Of a DNA stretch of 20,782 nucleotides, positions 1 to 8,239 are shown in pieces. The notes beneath the pieces are model-generated. The model was given only the letters and a program-made list of their open reading frames with translations, did no database searches and had not been told where the DNA came from. How positions within the stretch are numbered: position 1 is the first letter of the stretch; every line of letters begins with the position of its first letter. The translations under genes and the position numbers were made by a program. Origin of the DNA: a virus. Location of the stretch: the UHGV virus genome UHGV-0324485; one strand, written 5' to 3'.

Positions 1-158
1 TTATTGTTGGTGGCGAACTGTTCACTGATTACTCCGATCACCCTCGCAAACTTGTCACGCTAAATCCGAAACTCAAATCAACAGCCGCCGGACGTTACCA
101 GCTTAGGCATCCCACCAGCGTGAAAGAAGCTGGTAACGTCCGGCGGCTGTTGATTTGA
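1..158 (+). pseudogene. R: Endolysin (lambda R-like lytic transglycosylase), N-terminal fragment; 5' end lies outside the window; frame ends at TGA 156-158 inside an inverted duplication
   Basis: Frame starting at nt 3 translates to IVGGELFTDYSDHPRKLVTLNPKLKSTAAGRYQL, which matches my memory of phage lambda R, then reads RHPTSVKEAGNVRRLLI-stop through the inverted copy. Confidence 0.6.
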
Positions 159-282
159 GTTTCGGATTTAGCGTGACAAGTTTGCGAGGGTGATCGGAGT
201 AATCAGTGAACAGTTCGCCACCGAAACTCAAATCAACAGCCGCCGGACGTTACCAGCTTCTTTCACGCTGGTGGGATGCCTA
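10..282. repeat. Direct-inverted-direct duplication: nt 105-222 is the exact reverse complement of nt 10-104 plus the 23 nt now found at 260-282; nt 223-259 repeats nt 68-104 in direct orientation
   Basis: Base-by-base comparison in the sequence. The arms 10-104 and 128-222 form a perfect ~95-bp palindrome around a 23-nt spacer. Confidence 0.85.
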
Positions 283-529
283 CCGCAAGCAACTTGGTCT
301 GAAAGATTTTTCTCCAGAAAGCCAGGATGCTGTAGCGCTGCAGCAGATTAAAGAGCGTGGCGCTTTACCGATGATTGACCGCGGCGATATTCGTCAGGCA
401 ATCGACCGTTGCAGCAATATCTGGGCGTCGTTACCTGGTGCAGGTTACGGTCAGTATGAACATAGAATCGGTGACCTGATTTCCCGATTTAAAGAAGCTG
501 GTGGGGTGGTAAATGAAGCTGAGATATAA
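206..529 (+). CDS. R: Endolysin (lambda R-like), C-terminal portion; the GTG at 206 is an ORF-caller start inside the duplicated segment, not a native start
   Basis: Translation ...KLKSTAAGRYQLLSRWWDAYRKQLGLKDFSPESQDAVALQQIKERGALPMIDRGDIRQAIDRCSNIWASLPGAGYGQYEH... is near-identical to the C-terminal two thirds of lambda R as I recall it. It is in a different frame from the N-terminal fragment. Confidence 0.6.
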   Translation: MNSSPPKLKSTAAGRYQLLSRWWDAYRKQLGLKDFSPESQDAVALQQIKERGALPMIDRGDIRQAIDRCSNIWASLPGAGYGQYEHRIGDLISRFKEAGGVVNEAEI

Positions 530-905
530 GCTGGTTATTGTTGCCTTCTTTGTTACCGTCATCGGTTCTTTTATCTGGTCTGCCGGGCATTACTACAGCA
601 AATATCAACACGAAAAGGAGCGTGCTGATGAGGCTGTACGAAATGCTGAATCTGCAACAGCCATTACCAGTAACGTCCTGCAATCACTGCAAATCATCAA
701 TACAGTTATAGAGGCTAACCAGTATGCAAAACAGCAGATCGCACTGGAGTCACAGAGAACCCAGGAAGATATCAAAGTGGCTGTTGCGGATGATGATTGT
801 GCTGTTCGTATCGTTCCTTCTGGCGCAGTTAAGCGGTTGCACGAATACGCGAACGGTATACGTGTCGGTGCCGGTCGTTCCGTTACCAGCCAGTCTGACG
901 GATGA
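513..905 (+). CDS. Rz: Spanin, inner-membrane subunit (Rz-like)
   Basis: 130 aa with an N-terminal TM segment (LVIVAFFVTVIGSFIW) and a charged, coiled-coil-like periplasmic domain. It sits directly after the endolysin and overlaps its stop; resembles lambda Rz. Confidence 0.8.
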   Translation: MKLRYKLVIVAFFVTVIGSFIWSAGHYYSKYQHEKERADEAVRNAESATAITSNVLQSLQIINTVIEANQYAKQQIALESQRTQEDIKVAVADDDCAVRIVPSGAVKRLHEYANGIRVGAGRSVTSQSDG

Positions 906-1068
906 AACACCCCAGCCAGATTTACCCGACCCGTTTACGTGGGGAGCCAGCCTTAACCTGAATGTTGCGTTGTTGTCAGCGTTAGCACAGTGCAACAGGG
1001 ATAAGGCCGATATCAGGACTTTTGAGAAAAACAGGGCAGCACAAACCAATGGCACGATTAAACGTTGA
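790..1068 (+). CDS. Rz1: Spanin, outer-membrane lipoprotein subunit (Rz1-like), +1 frame, overlapped architecture
   Basis: ATG at 790 in the +1 frame of Rz. Signal peptide with lipobox L-S-G-C (MMIVLFVSFLLAQLSGC) and a Pro-rich mature region (PVVPLPASLTDETPQPDLPDP). Extends past the Rz stop. Confidence 0.7.
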   Translation: MMIVLFVSFLLAQLSGCTNTRTVYVSVPVVPLPASLTDETPQPDLPDPFTWGASLNLNVALLSALAQCNRDKADIRTFEKNRAAQTNGTIKR

Positions 1069-1234
1069 AGTTATCCCACCAGACAGCGAAACGATGAACG
1101 GGATTTTTGCAGAGATTGAACGTAAATATGCGCATCAGCCGATGACGCAAAAAGTTATCGATGAAATGCAACGCGAAGCGGCGCGCCTTGTAAGGCGAGC
1201 GACAAACACGAAGGTTACGTTTGTTCGGGACTGA
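1049..1234 (+). CDS. Hypothetical small protein (61 aa) between lysis cassette and terminase
   Basis: ORF with ATG at 1049 (the track's 1022 start is TTG). Overlaps the Rz1 3' end; no family recognised. Confidence 0.4.
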   Translation: MARLNVEVIPPDSETMNGIFAEIERKYAHQPMTQKVIDEMQREAARLVRRATNTKVTFVRD

Positions 1235-1291
1235 CATTACAGAAGCTCCTTTGATAAGGGGCTTCGATAATGTCACTAAGAGGAAAAATTC

Positions 1292-2041
1292 ATGGCAAAA
1301 CCGGACTGGGAGGCCATCGAATCGGCATACCGGGCCGGAGTCCTTAGCCTCCGTGATATAGGCGAGAAATACGGCGTTACAGAAGGGGCTATCAGGAAGA
1401 GGGCCAAAAAGCTTGGTTGGGTACGCAGTGGCGGTACGCAGGTTTGCAAAAATGGTACGCAAAAAAGAAAAGTGCGTACCAGCAGAAAGCCTGCCATTAC
1501 TGGCCTTACACAAAAAGGTACGCAACTAAAAACAGAACCTACACTGGATACGAAACCGATACGCGGAATGCGTACCGATCCCCCGACTAACCCATTCCAA
1601 CCCGGTAACCAACAGGCATTAAAACACGGTGGTTATGCCCGTCGCCTTCTGCTCAAAGATGAGGTGATAGAGGACGCTAAAGCGTTGACGCTCGAGGACG
1701 AATTATTTCGCCTTCGTGCTAACAACCTTGTCGCTGCAGAGAATATCGGTCGGTGGCTGGTGTCGCTGGAAGATGCTAATGGGGACCAGGAAAGGAAGAT
1801 GCTGATGGAAAATATCAGCGCCGCCGAGAAAGCAATGATGCGCAATACAGTTCGTATTGAGTCCATCGTTGGCACGCTTGCGACGGTAGGAAAAATATTT
1901 GCTGATACAGCCTACCGCAAGGCCGCCACTGATAAGGTGTCTCTGGAGGCTGATCGTCTTCGCCGTGATGCAGGTATTGATGATGGCAATGGAGAGCGTG
2001 ACCTCAATGACTTCTATTCTGACATCCAAACCGACGCTTAA
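1292..2041 (+). CDS. Terminase small subunit (putative, N-terminal HTH DNA-binding domain)
   Basis: RBS AGAGGA precedes ATG 1292. N-terminus DWEAIESAYRAGVLSLRDIGEKYGVTEGAIRKRAKKLGW is a typical terminase small-subunit HTH pattern; sits immediately upstream of the large subunit. Confidence 0.7.
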   Translation: MAKPDWEAIESAYRAGVLSLRDIGEKYGVTEGAIRKRAKKLGWVRSGGTQVCKNGTQKRKVRTSRKPAITGLTQKGTQLKTEPTLDTKPIRGMRTDPPTNPFQPGNQQALKHGGYARRLLLKDEVIEDAKALTLEDELFRLRANNLVAAENIGRWLVSLEDANGDQERKMLMENISAAEKAMMRNTVRIESIVGTLATVGKIFADTAYRKAATDKVSLEADRLRRDAGIDDGNGERDLNDFYSDIQTDA

Positions 2042-3410
2042 TCCGGCTTTACGTAGTTTCTGGACTACGCGGGCACGTAACAAAGTGCTTTATGGTGGCC
2101 GGTCATCGTCAAAATCATGGGATGCCGCTGGCATTGCCATATTTCTGTCGAATAAATACACCCTGCGTTTTTGTTGTGCCCGTCAGATCCAGAATAAAAT
2201 CGAAGAGTCGGTGTATACCCTGCTCAAAATTCAGATAGACAGGTTTGGCCTGCGGCACCGTTTCCGGATTCTGAACAACAAAATCATTAACCGGGTTACT
2301 GGCTCGGAATTTGTTTTTTATGGATTATGGCGCAACATCGAAGAAATTAAGTCACTGGAGGGGATCGACGTGTTGTGGCTGGAAGAAGCCCACGCACTGA
2401 CTGAATACCAGTGGAAAATTCTGGAGCCAACGATCCGTAAAGAGGGTTCGGAATGCTGGTTCATATTCAACCCCGGACTTGTTACTGATTTCGTCTGGCG
2501 TAACTTCGTTGTTGATCCGCCTGAAGGCACTCTCATCCGCAAAATTAACTATGACGAAAATCCGTTTCTGTCTGACACCATGCTTAAGGTTATCGACGCG
2601 GCGCGACGCCGTGATCCTGATGGTTTTAAACATGTGTATGAGGGCGTTCCGGAGTCTGATGATGATGCGGCAATCATCAAACTGTCCTGGATAGAAGCCG
2701 CAGTGGATGCGCACAAAACGTTAAATTTCGAACCCAGTGGAAGAAAGCGTATTGGCTTTGACGTGGCTGACAGTGGTACAGATAAGTGCGCTAACGTTTA
2801 CCGTCACGGTTCCGTTGTTTTCTGGGCCGACGAATGGAAGGCCAAAGAAGATGAATTACTGAAGAGCTGCCAGCGTACTTATCAGTCGGCGCTGGAGCGT
2901 GAAGCAGATATTGTTTACGACTCTATCGGTGTTGGTGCGTCTGCCGGTGCTAAATTCTCTGAAATTAACGCTGACCGGAAGAGCGAGAATGCATACGCGC
3001 GACGTGTGAATTACCAGAGGTTTAACGCCGGCGCTGGTGTGCATGAACCAGATGACGAATACAACGGCATCCCCAACAAAGACTTTTTCGCAAATCTTAA
3101 GGCTCAGGCATGGTGGCTGGTGGCTGACCGTTTCAGAAATACGTTTAACGCCATTAACAACGGAGAACAGTATCCTGTGGATGAGCTGATCAGCATAGAT
3201 TCTCGTTGTCCGTTGCTTGAAAAGCTGAAACTGGAACTGACAACACCTCATCGTGATTTCGACCGTAACGGACGTGTGATGGTCGAAAGTAAAAAAGACC
3301 TCGCAAAACGCGAGATACCGTCACCAAACGTTGCTGACGCATTCATTATGGCCTTCGCGCCAATTGATACATCGCTGGATATCTGGGAACAGCTGGGGAG
3401 ACAGGCCTGA
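2007..3410 (+). CDS. Terminase large subunit (PBSX/Terminase_3-like ATPase-nuclease)
   Basis: Walker A-like GGRSSSKS near the N-terminus and a long C-terminal nuclease-like region. Start set at ATG 2007 (GGAGAG about 11 nt upstream), overlapping the small-subunit 3' end; the track ORF begins at 1899 and the true start is uncertain. Confidence 0.8.
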   Translation: MTSILTSKPTLNPALRSFWTTRARNKVLYGGRSSSKSWDAAGIAIFLSNKYTLRFCCARQIQNKIEESVYTLLKIQIDRFGLRHRFRILNNKIINRVTGSEFVFYGLWRNIEEIKSLEGIDVLWLEEAHALTEYQWKILEPTIRKEGSECWFIFNPGLVTDFVWRNFVVDPPEGTLIRKINYDENPFLSDTMLKVIDAARRRDPDGFKHVYEGVPESDDDAAIIKLSWIEAAVDAHKTLNFEPSGRKRIGFDVADSGTDKCANVYRHGSVVFWADEWKAKEDELLKSCQRTYQSALEREADIVYDSIGVGASAGAKFSEINADRKSENAYARRVNYQRFNAGAGVHEPDDEYNGIPNKDFFANLKAQAWWLVADRFRNTFNAINNGEQYPVDELISIDSRCPLLEKLKLELTTPHRDFDRNGRVMVESKKDLAKREIPSPNVADAFIMAFAPIDTSLDIWEQLGRQA

Positions 3411-4876
3411 TGGCACGAAACAAGCAAGCCCTGCGAAGAACTGCGCAGGCCACAGCTGATGGTTATGAGAATTTTATTGCCCGCGTAGGGATGCAGACAC
3501 CTAACCAGCACTCAGCATCTACCTACCGGGCTAATTTCACCAGTCGTAACCGCATGCTGGTGGAATGGTCCTATCGTTCATCCTGGATCATCGGCGAAGC
3601 AGTCGATGCTATCCCGGATGATATGACCCGCAAAGGCATTCGCATCACTTCGGAAATTGATGCAAAAGATCGTGGCATTCTCGAATCACAACTGGATGAG
3701 TTGCAAATCTGGGATGCGCTGAATGACGTGCTGAAATGGTCGCGCCTCTACGGCGGCGCGGTGGGTTTCATCATGATTGAGGGGCAGGCACCAATGACCC
3801 CGCTGCGACCCGAAACCATCGGTAAGGGCAAGTTTAAGGGGATTCTCCCGCTCGACCGCTGGATGATTGACCCGGTACTGACCCGCCGCATTAAAGATAT
3901 GGGGCCGGACCTGGGTAAACCTGAGTTTTACGATGTGGTGACCACAGCAACGGGAATTCCTGCCTGGCGCATTCATCACAGTCGACTGATTCGCTTTGAT
4001 GGCGTCACGCTGCCATTTCAGCAGAAGATGACCGAGAACGAATGGGGAATGTCGGTTGTAGAGCGTATCTGGGATCGTCTTACCGCGTTCGACAGCGCTA
4101 CTGTCGGCGCGGCGCAGCTGGTCTACAAAGCGCATTTGCGCACCTACAGCGTGGAGAAGCTACGCGAGCTTATCGCACTTGGTGGTCCTGCGTATGAAGC
4201 GTTGCTGAAGAATATTGACCTGATTCGACAGTTCCAGAGCAATGAAGGCATGACGCTCATGGACTCGCGGGATAAGTTTGAAACTCATCAGTACAGCTTC
4301 AGTGGTCTGGATGACATCCTTTCACAGTTTGCAGAACAGATTAGTGGCGCTGTTGGTATCCCACTGGTGCGGCTGTTTGGACAGTCCCCGAAAGGATTTT
4401 CTACCGGTGATGCAGACCTTGCCAACTATTACGACCGCATCAGTTCGTTGCAGGAGAGACGTTTACGTCTTCCGGTGCGGCGGATACTTGACATCATGCA
4501 TCGTTCGGAACTTGGCAAGCCGCTCCCGGATGATTTCACGTTTGAGTTTAACCCGCTCTGGCAAATGTCTGATGTCGATCGTTCAACGGTGGCGTTAAAT
4601 ACCACCAACGCAATCAGTACAGCGCTGGGTGATGGTCTGATGACACTGAAAGCCGCTATGACTGATTTGCGCGAAAATTCTGACGTAACCGGCATCGGGG
4701 CATCCATTACCGACGAGGACATCGAGAATGCCGAAGATGAAGCGCCGCCCGGCATCGGCGAACCTGATGACGAACCGCAGGAACCGTCAGGCGGAAATCC
4801 GCTATCGAACCAGCCTACGCAGGATAGCGCGGGCGGTCGGAGACATCGTAAATGGTCGCTACGATGGTTCAAATGA
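3410..4876 (+). CDS. Portal protein (DUF1073-like)
   Basis: 488 aa, ATGA overlap with the terminase stop, acidic C-terminal tail (EDEAPPGIGEPDDEPQEP). Position and size are typical for a portal. Confidence 0.7.
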   Translation: MARNKQALRRTAQATADGYENFIARVGMQTPNQHSASTYRANFTSRNRMLVEWSYRSSWIIGEAVDAIPDDMTRKGIRITSEIDAKDRGILESQLDELQIWDALNDVLKWSRLYGGAVGFIMIEGQAPMTPLRPETIGKGKFKGILPLDRWMIDPVLTRRIKDMGPDLGKPEFYDVVTTATGIPAWRIHHSRLIRFDGVTLPFQQKMTENEWGMSVVERIWDRLTAFDSATVGAAQLVYKAHLRTYSVEKLRELIALGGPAYEALLKNIDLIRQFQSNEGMTLMDSRDKFETHQYSFSGLDDILSQFAEQISGAVGIPLVRLFGQSPKGFSTGDADLANYYDRISSLQERRLRLPVRRILDIMHRSELGKPLPDDFTFEFNPLWQMSDVDRSTVALNTTNAISTALGDGLMTLKAAMTDLRENSDVTGIGASITDEDIENAEDEAPPGIGEPDDEPQEPSGGNPLSNQPTQDSAGGRRHRKWSLRWFK

Positions 4877-5501
4877 CAGTATCACGGAAATTATTGAGGC
4901 GCTGGAACGCTACAGTGAAATCATCACCCCCTGGGCGACAAAGGTCGCGGAAAACTTTACTGCGGACCTAACCCGGCAGAACGAGAAAGTTTGGCGGCAA
5001 CACAGCAAGAACATCAGTCGCGAGCTCCGCAATCTTGTGGAAAGCGCTCCTGTGGGCCAGGTGATGCAATCCATCATCGCCGAACAGGTCAAGTACATCA
5101 AATCGCTCCCCCTCGAGGCGGCTGACAGGGTGTACGACATCCAGAATCGGGCGATAGAAGCTGTTGTGACCGGTGGGAGAGCAGAACATTTTGCTAAAGA
5201 AATAGCCGCATCGGGTGATATAGCAAAGTCCAGAGCTGACCTGATTGCCCGTACTGAACTTGGACGTGCAACCGGCGCGCTGGATCAGGCGCGTGCGCTG
5301 TCAATTGGTTCGAATGGTTATATCTGGCGTACAGCCGAAGATGGTGACGTCAGGCATTCTCATCGGGAAATGGAAGGTAAATTTGTCGAATGGGGCAAAC
5401 CTCCAACGCTTGACGGCATGACCGGTCACGCTGGCGAGCTCCCGAATTGTCGTTGTTATAAAGAAATCGTTTTTCCCACCTCCCAATCTTATCCCGCCTG
5501 A
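4728..5501 (+). CDS. Head morphogenesis protein (Mu F-like / SPP1 gp7 family)
   Basis: GAGGA sits 8 nt upstream of ATG 4728. C-terminal motif ...WRTAEDGDVRHSHREMEGKFVEW... is characteristic of MuF-like minor head proteins. Overlaps the portal ORF by 149 nt. Confidence 0.7.
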   Translation: MPKMKRRPASANLMTNRRNRQAEIRYRTSLRRIARAVGDIVNGRYDGSNDSITEIIEALERYSEIITPWATKVAENFTADLTRQNEKVWRQHSKNISRELRNLVESAPVGQVMQSIIAEQVKYIKSLPLEAADRVYDIQNRAIEAVVTGGRAEHFAKEIAASGDIAKSRADLIARTELGRATGALDQARALSIGSNGYIWRTAEDGDVRHSHREMEGKFVEWGKPPTLDGMTGHAGELPNCRCYKEIVFPTSQSYPA

Positions 5502-5515
5502 ATCGCAGGTAACAC

Positions 5516-6736
5516 ATGAAATATTTTTTCAATACCCGGCTGGGGGAAACCCGCTATCAGCTGGCTGACGGCTCGTTGCTGTGCAGAGACGTGCCGATAG
5601 GACGAACAGGTAAGCAGCTCTATGGTGCTGATGACCTGCCAAAACTGAAACCCGATAAGTTCGGTGAAATAGTCGTCACGCGTTCTCCTGAGCAGGTATT
5701 CCATCCGGCCACGCTTGCCTCATTCGAAGGGATGAGCATCACGATTCTGCATCCTGAAGATGAAAACGGGAATGTGCGGCTGGTAAATCCCGAGAACTGG
5801 AAAGAGCTTGCTGTCGGGCACCTCCAGAATGTCCGGCGCGGGACGGGTGAGCAGTCTGATTTGATGCTGGCTGACCTTATCGTCAAAGACGAAAACGCCA
5901 TTCAGCTTATCGAAGATGGCCTGCGCGAAGTGTCGTGCGGCTATGACGCGGAGTACGAGCAGACCGAGCAAGGTAAAGCTGAGCAGGTCGATATTACCGG
6001 AAACCATGTGGCTCTTGTCCCTAAAGGCAGAGCCGGAAATCGTTGTGCAATTGGAGACAGAGACACAATGGCAAATCAAAAGAAAAACTGGTGGAACCGC
6101 ATGCGTGCGGCCATCAAGACAGGAGATGCCGACACCATGAACGAACTGGTGGAGTCGGCTCCCGCATCGGTTACAGGAGATGAGGGGGATTTGCCGCAGG
6201 GCGTTAATCTCAATATCAACCTGTCCCCGCAGCAACCACTACCGGACAAAGCACCAGAGATGGGTGGAGGTCCAACCGGCGACAGTGATGATGACCTCAA
6301 AACATTACTGAAAGCCCTGCTGGCTAAGCTGGAAGGAAATGCCACGGGCGATAACGATAATAAGCCTGACGATAATCCGACCGGTGACGGCGAGGACGAT
6401 GAAGAGGAAACCACGATTACTGGTGACTCAGCCTGGCGTGCTGAAGTTATCGTTCCGGGTATCGATCTGAGCCGTAAGATGAAACCGACCGCGTTCAAAC
6501 GCGAGGTTCTGGCTTCTGCTGACAAAACGCTGGTTCGCCAGATAGTCGGTGATGCGGATATCCGCAAATTGCCGAAACAATCGGTCGACATGGCGTTTAA
6601 TGCCGTGTCTGAGATTGCCAAAGGGCGAAACACCCGCGCCACCACCGGCGATGCACAGCGCCCAAACATGGGCATGACCAGTATCGCTTCCCTGAACAAA
6701 CAAAACGCTGAATTCTGGGCAAACCGTAAAGGGTAA
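5516..6736 (+). CDS. Putative prohead scaffold/protease-like protein (possibly DUF2213-type) with acidic low-complexity linker
   Basis: 406 aa between the MuF-like gene and the capsid gene. Conserved-looking core (GNHVALVPKGRAG), then a D/E/G/T-rich linker and a C-terminal basic domain. Confidence 0.5.
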   Translation: MKYFFNTRLGETRYQLADGSLLCRDVPIGRTGKQLYGADDLPKLKPDKFGEIVVTRSPEQVFHPATLASFEGMSITILHPEDENGNVRLVNPENWKELAVGHLQNVRRGTGEQSDLMLADLIVKDENAIQLIEDGLREVSCGYDAEYEQTEQGKAEQVDITGNHVALVPKGRAGNRCAIGDRDTMANQKKNWWNRMRAAIKTGDADTMNELVESAPASVTGDEGDLPQGVNLNINLSPQQPLPDKAPEMGGGPTGDSDDDLKTLLKALLAKLEGNATGDNDNKPDDNPTGDGEDDEEETTITGDSAWRAEVIVPGIDLSRKMKPTAFKREVLASADKTLVRQIVGDADIRKLPKQSVDMAFNAVSEIAKGRNTRATTGDAQRPNMGMTSIASLNKQNAEFWANRKG

Positions 6737-6739
6737 AAA

Positions 6740-7246
6740 ATGAATAATGTATTTCTGTACCGGATGCCTGTTGGCATTGCCGGGGCCGTCTCTCGCCCGC
6801 AGGACTTAACCGTCGAACCGGTGGTCCTTAAATCCGATAACGCCTTTGCTGCTTATGGGCTGGCTGGTAAATACGATGATGACGGTTTTTTCGTGCCGCT
6901 GGCAGATGGTGATACCGCAGACAAGGTGAAGGGGATCTACGTGCGCCCTTATCCGACCACTTCGCAGCCGGACATGGTTCGCCAGGTGGGGAGTGGCAAG
7001 AACTTCCCGGGCGATGCCATGAAGCGTGGCTACGTGACCGTTAATCTCGGTTCTGATTTTGATGCCAGCACCATCAAAAAAGGCGACCCGGTATACGTTG
7101 TCGTCTCCACTGATGAATCCATCAAAGTGCCGCTGGGTGGATTCATGTCCACGTCAGTCAGTGGCAAAAACGTGGTGCTGACCAACGCTGAATTCACAGG
7201 TGCCGGTGATGCTGACGGCAATGCAGAAATTTCCTGGAAGATTTAA
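6740..7246 (+). CDS. Head structural protein (possible decoration or capsid accessory protein)
   Basis: 168-aa ORF immediately upstream of the major capsid gene; no motif recognised. Confidence 0.4.
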   Translation: MNNVFLYRMPVGIAGAVSRPQDLTVEPVVLKSDNAFAAYGLAGKYDDDGFFVPLADGDTADKVKGIYVRPYPTTSQPDMVRQVGSGKNFPGDAMKRGYVTVNLGSDFDASTIKKGDPVYVVVSTDESIKVPLGGFMSTSVSGKNVVLTNAEFTGAGDADGNAEISWKI

Positions 7247-7257
7247 GGAACAGACGA

Positions 7258-8199
7258 ATGATTACTTTTGATCAGGCAACCGTTGACAGCTCTGGTGCCT
7301 TTCTCATCGGGGAGCTGGAGCGACTCGACCAGACGCTGAACCTGCCACTGGTGGGGTACACCTGGACCCGCGATATTCAGTTGCGTGAAGACGTCTCCAT
7401 CGCAGATGACATTTCCAGCTGGACGAATACCAGCTTCGCCGCTGCGGGTACTGGTGCAAATCCGAATGGCAAAAACTGGGTAGGCAAAGACTCAACCGCT
7501 ATTGCTGGCGTGAACGTGGATACCGGCAAATCCGGTAACCCGCTGAACCTGTGGGGGATGGAACTTGGCTGGACGGTCATAGAATTGCAGGCTGCTCAGC
7601 AGGTCGGCCGCCCGATTGATACGCAGAAGTATGACGGTATGCAACTGAAATGGCAGATGGATAACGATGAACAGGTATATGTTGGCGATTCCGCATTAAA
7701 CCTGAAAGGCCTTGTTACCCTGGACGGCGTGCCTGTCAACAACGCTGCCAAAACGTGGGCAACCTCAACACCGGACGAAATCCGCGCAAGCATTAACCAG
7801 GTGCTGTCTGATGCGTGGGCCGCTTCCGGTTACTCTGTGGTTCCGCGTGATTTGCTGATCCCGCCTGAGCAGTTTGCTCTGTTGTCCAGCATCATCGTTT
7901 CATCTGCGGGTAACCAGTCCCTGTTGACGTATCTTCAGACCAACACCATCAGCTATCACCAGAACGGTGTTCCGCTGAATATCCGCGCGGTTAAATGGCT
8001 GAAAGGCCGTGGTGTGGGGAAAAAGGATCGCATGGTTGCGTACACCAACGATAAAAAATACGTCCGCTACCCGCTGGTTCCGCTTCAGAGCGTGCCGGTG
8101 CAGTATCGCGGTCTGTATCAGATCGTCACTTACTACGGCAAGCTGGGTGCGGTTGAGCCAGTGTATAAAGAAACTCTGTCCTATGTGGACGGTATCTGA
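7258..8199 (+). CDS. Major capsid protein (putative)
   Basis: 313 aa, RBS AAGGA, tandem stop codons, followed by a stable stem-loop. Position after scaffold and before connector genes. Confidence 0.6.
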   Translation: MITFDQATVDSSGAFLIGELERLDQTLNLPLVGYTWTRDIQLREDVSIADDISSWTNTSFAAAGTGANPNGKNWVGKDSTAIAGVNVDTGKSGNPLNLWGMELGWTVIELQAAQQVGRPIDTQKYDGMQLKWQMDNDEQVYVGDSALNLKGLVTLDGVPVNNAAKTWATSTPDEIRASINQVLSDAWAASGYSVVPRDLLIPPEQFALLSSIIVSSAGNQSLLTYLQTNTISYHQNGVPLNIRAVKWLKGRGVGKKDRMVAYTNDKKYVRYPLVPLQSVPVQYRGLYQIVTYYGKLGAVEPVYKETLSYVDGI

Positions 8200-8209
8200 T
8201 AACCAGAAT

Positions 8210-8225
8210 GGCCCCGAAAGGGGCC
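8210..8225 (+). other. GC stem-loop (GGCCCC-GAAA-GGGGCC) immediately 3' of the capsid gene, no U-tract
   Basis: Perfect 6-bp GC stem with a GNRA tetraloop, seen directly in the sequence. Confidence 0.5.
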
Positions 8226-8239
8226 TGAAGGAAACTGAA

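Noticed and set aside
1058-1525. 155-aa minus-strand ORF overlapping Rz1, the small ORF and the terminase small subunit gene
   Set aside because: Antisense to well-supported + strand genes, with no RBS or recognisable protein features; typical shadow ORF.
1899-2006. Upstream extension of the terminase large subunit ORF (track start 1899)
   Set aside because: It would overlap the small subunit gene by about 140 nt. ATG 2007, preceded by GGAGAG, gives a conventional short overlap, though ATG 1983 or 1989 cannot be excluded.
6230-6420. Repetitive acidic stretch (TGD/DDD/DN repeats) as a possible tandem repeat or CRISPR-like element
   Set aside because: It is in-frame coding low complexity inside the scaffold-like protein, with no regularly spaced direct repeats; not a CRISPR array.
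6076-6777. 233-aa minus-strand ORF, Ser/Pro-rich
   Set aside because: Antisense to the acidic low-complexity part of the scaffold-like gene; the composition is a mirror artefact of that region.
8009-8239. 5' extension of the 8240-8608 gene suggested by the ORF track (start at 8009)
   Set aside because: The extension overlaps the 3' end of the capsid gene out of frame and looks like low-complexity junk; ATG 8240 has a good RBS and follows the hairpin.
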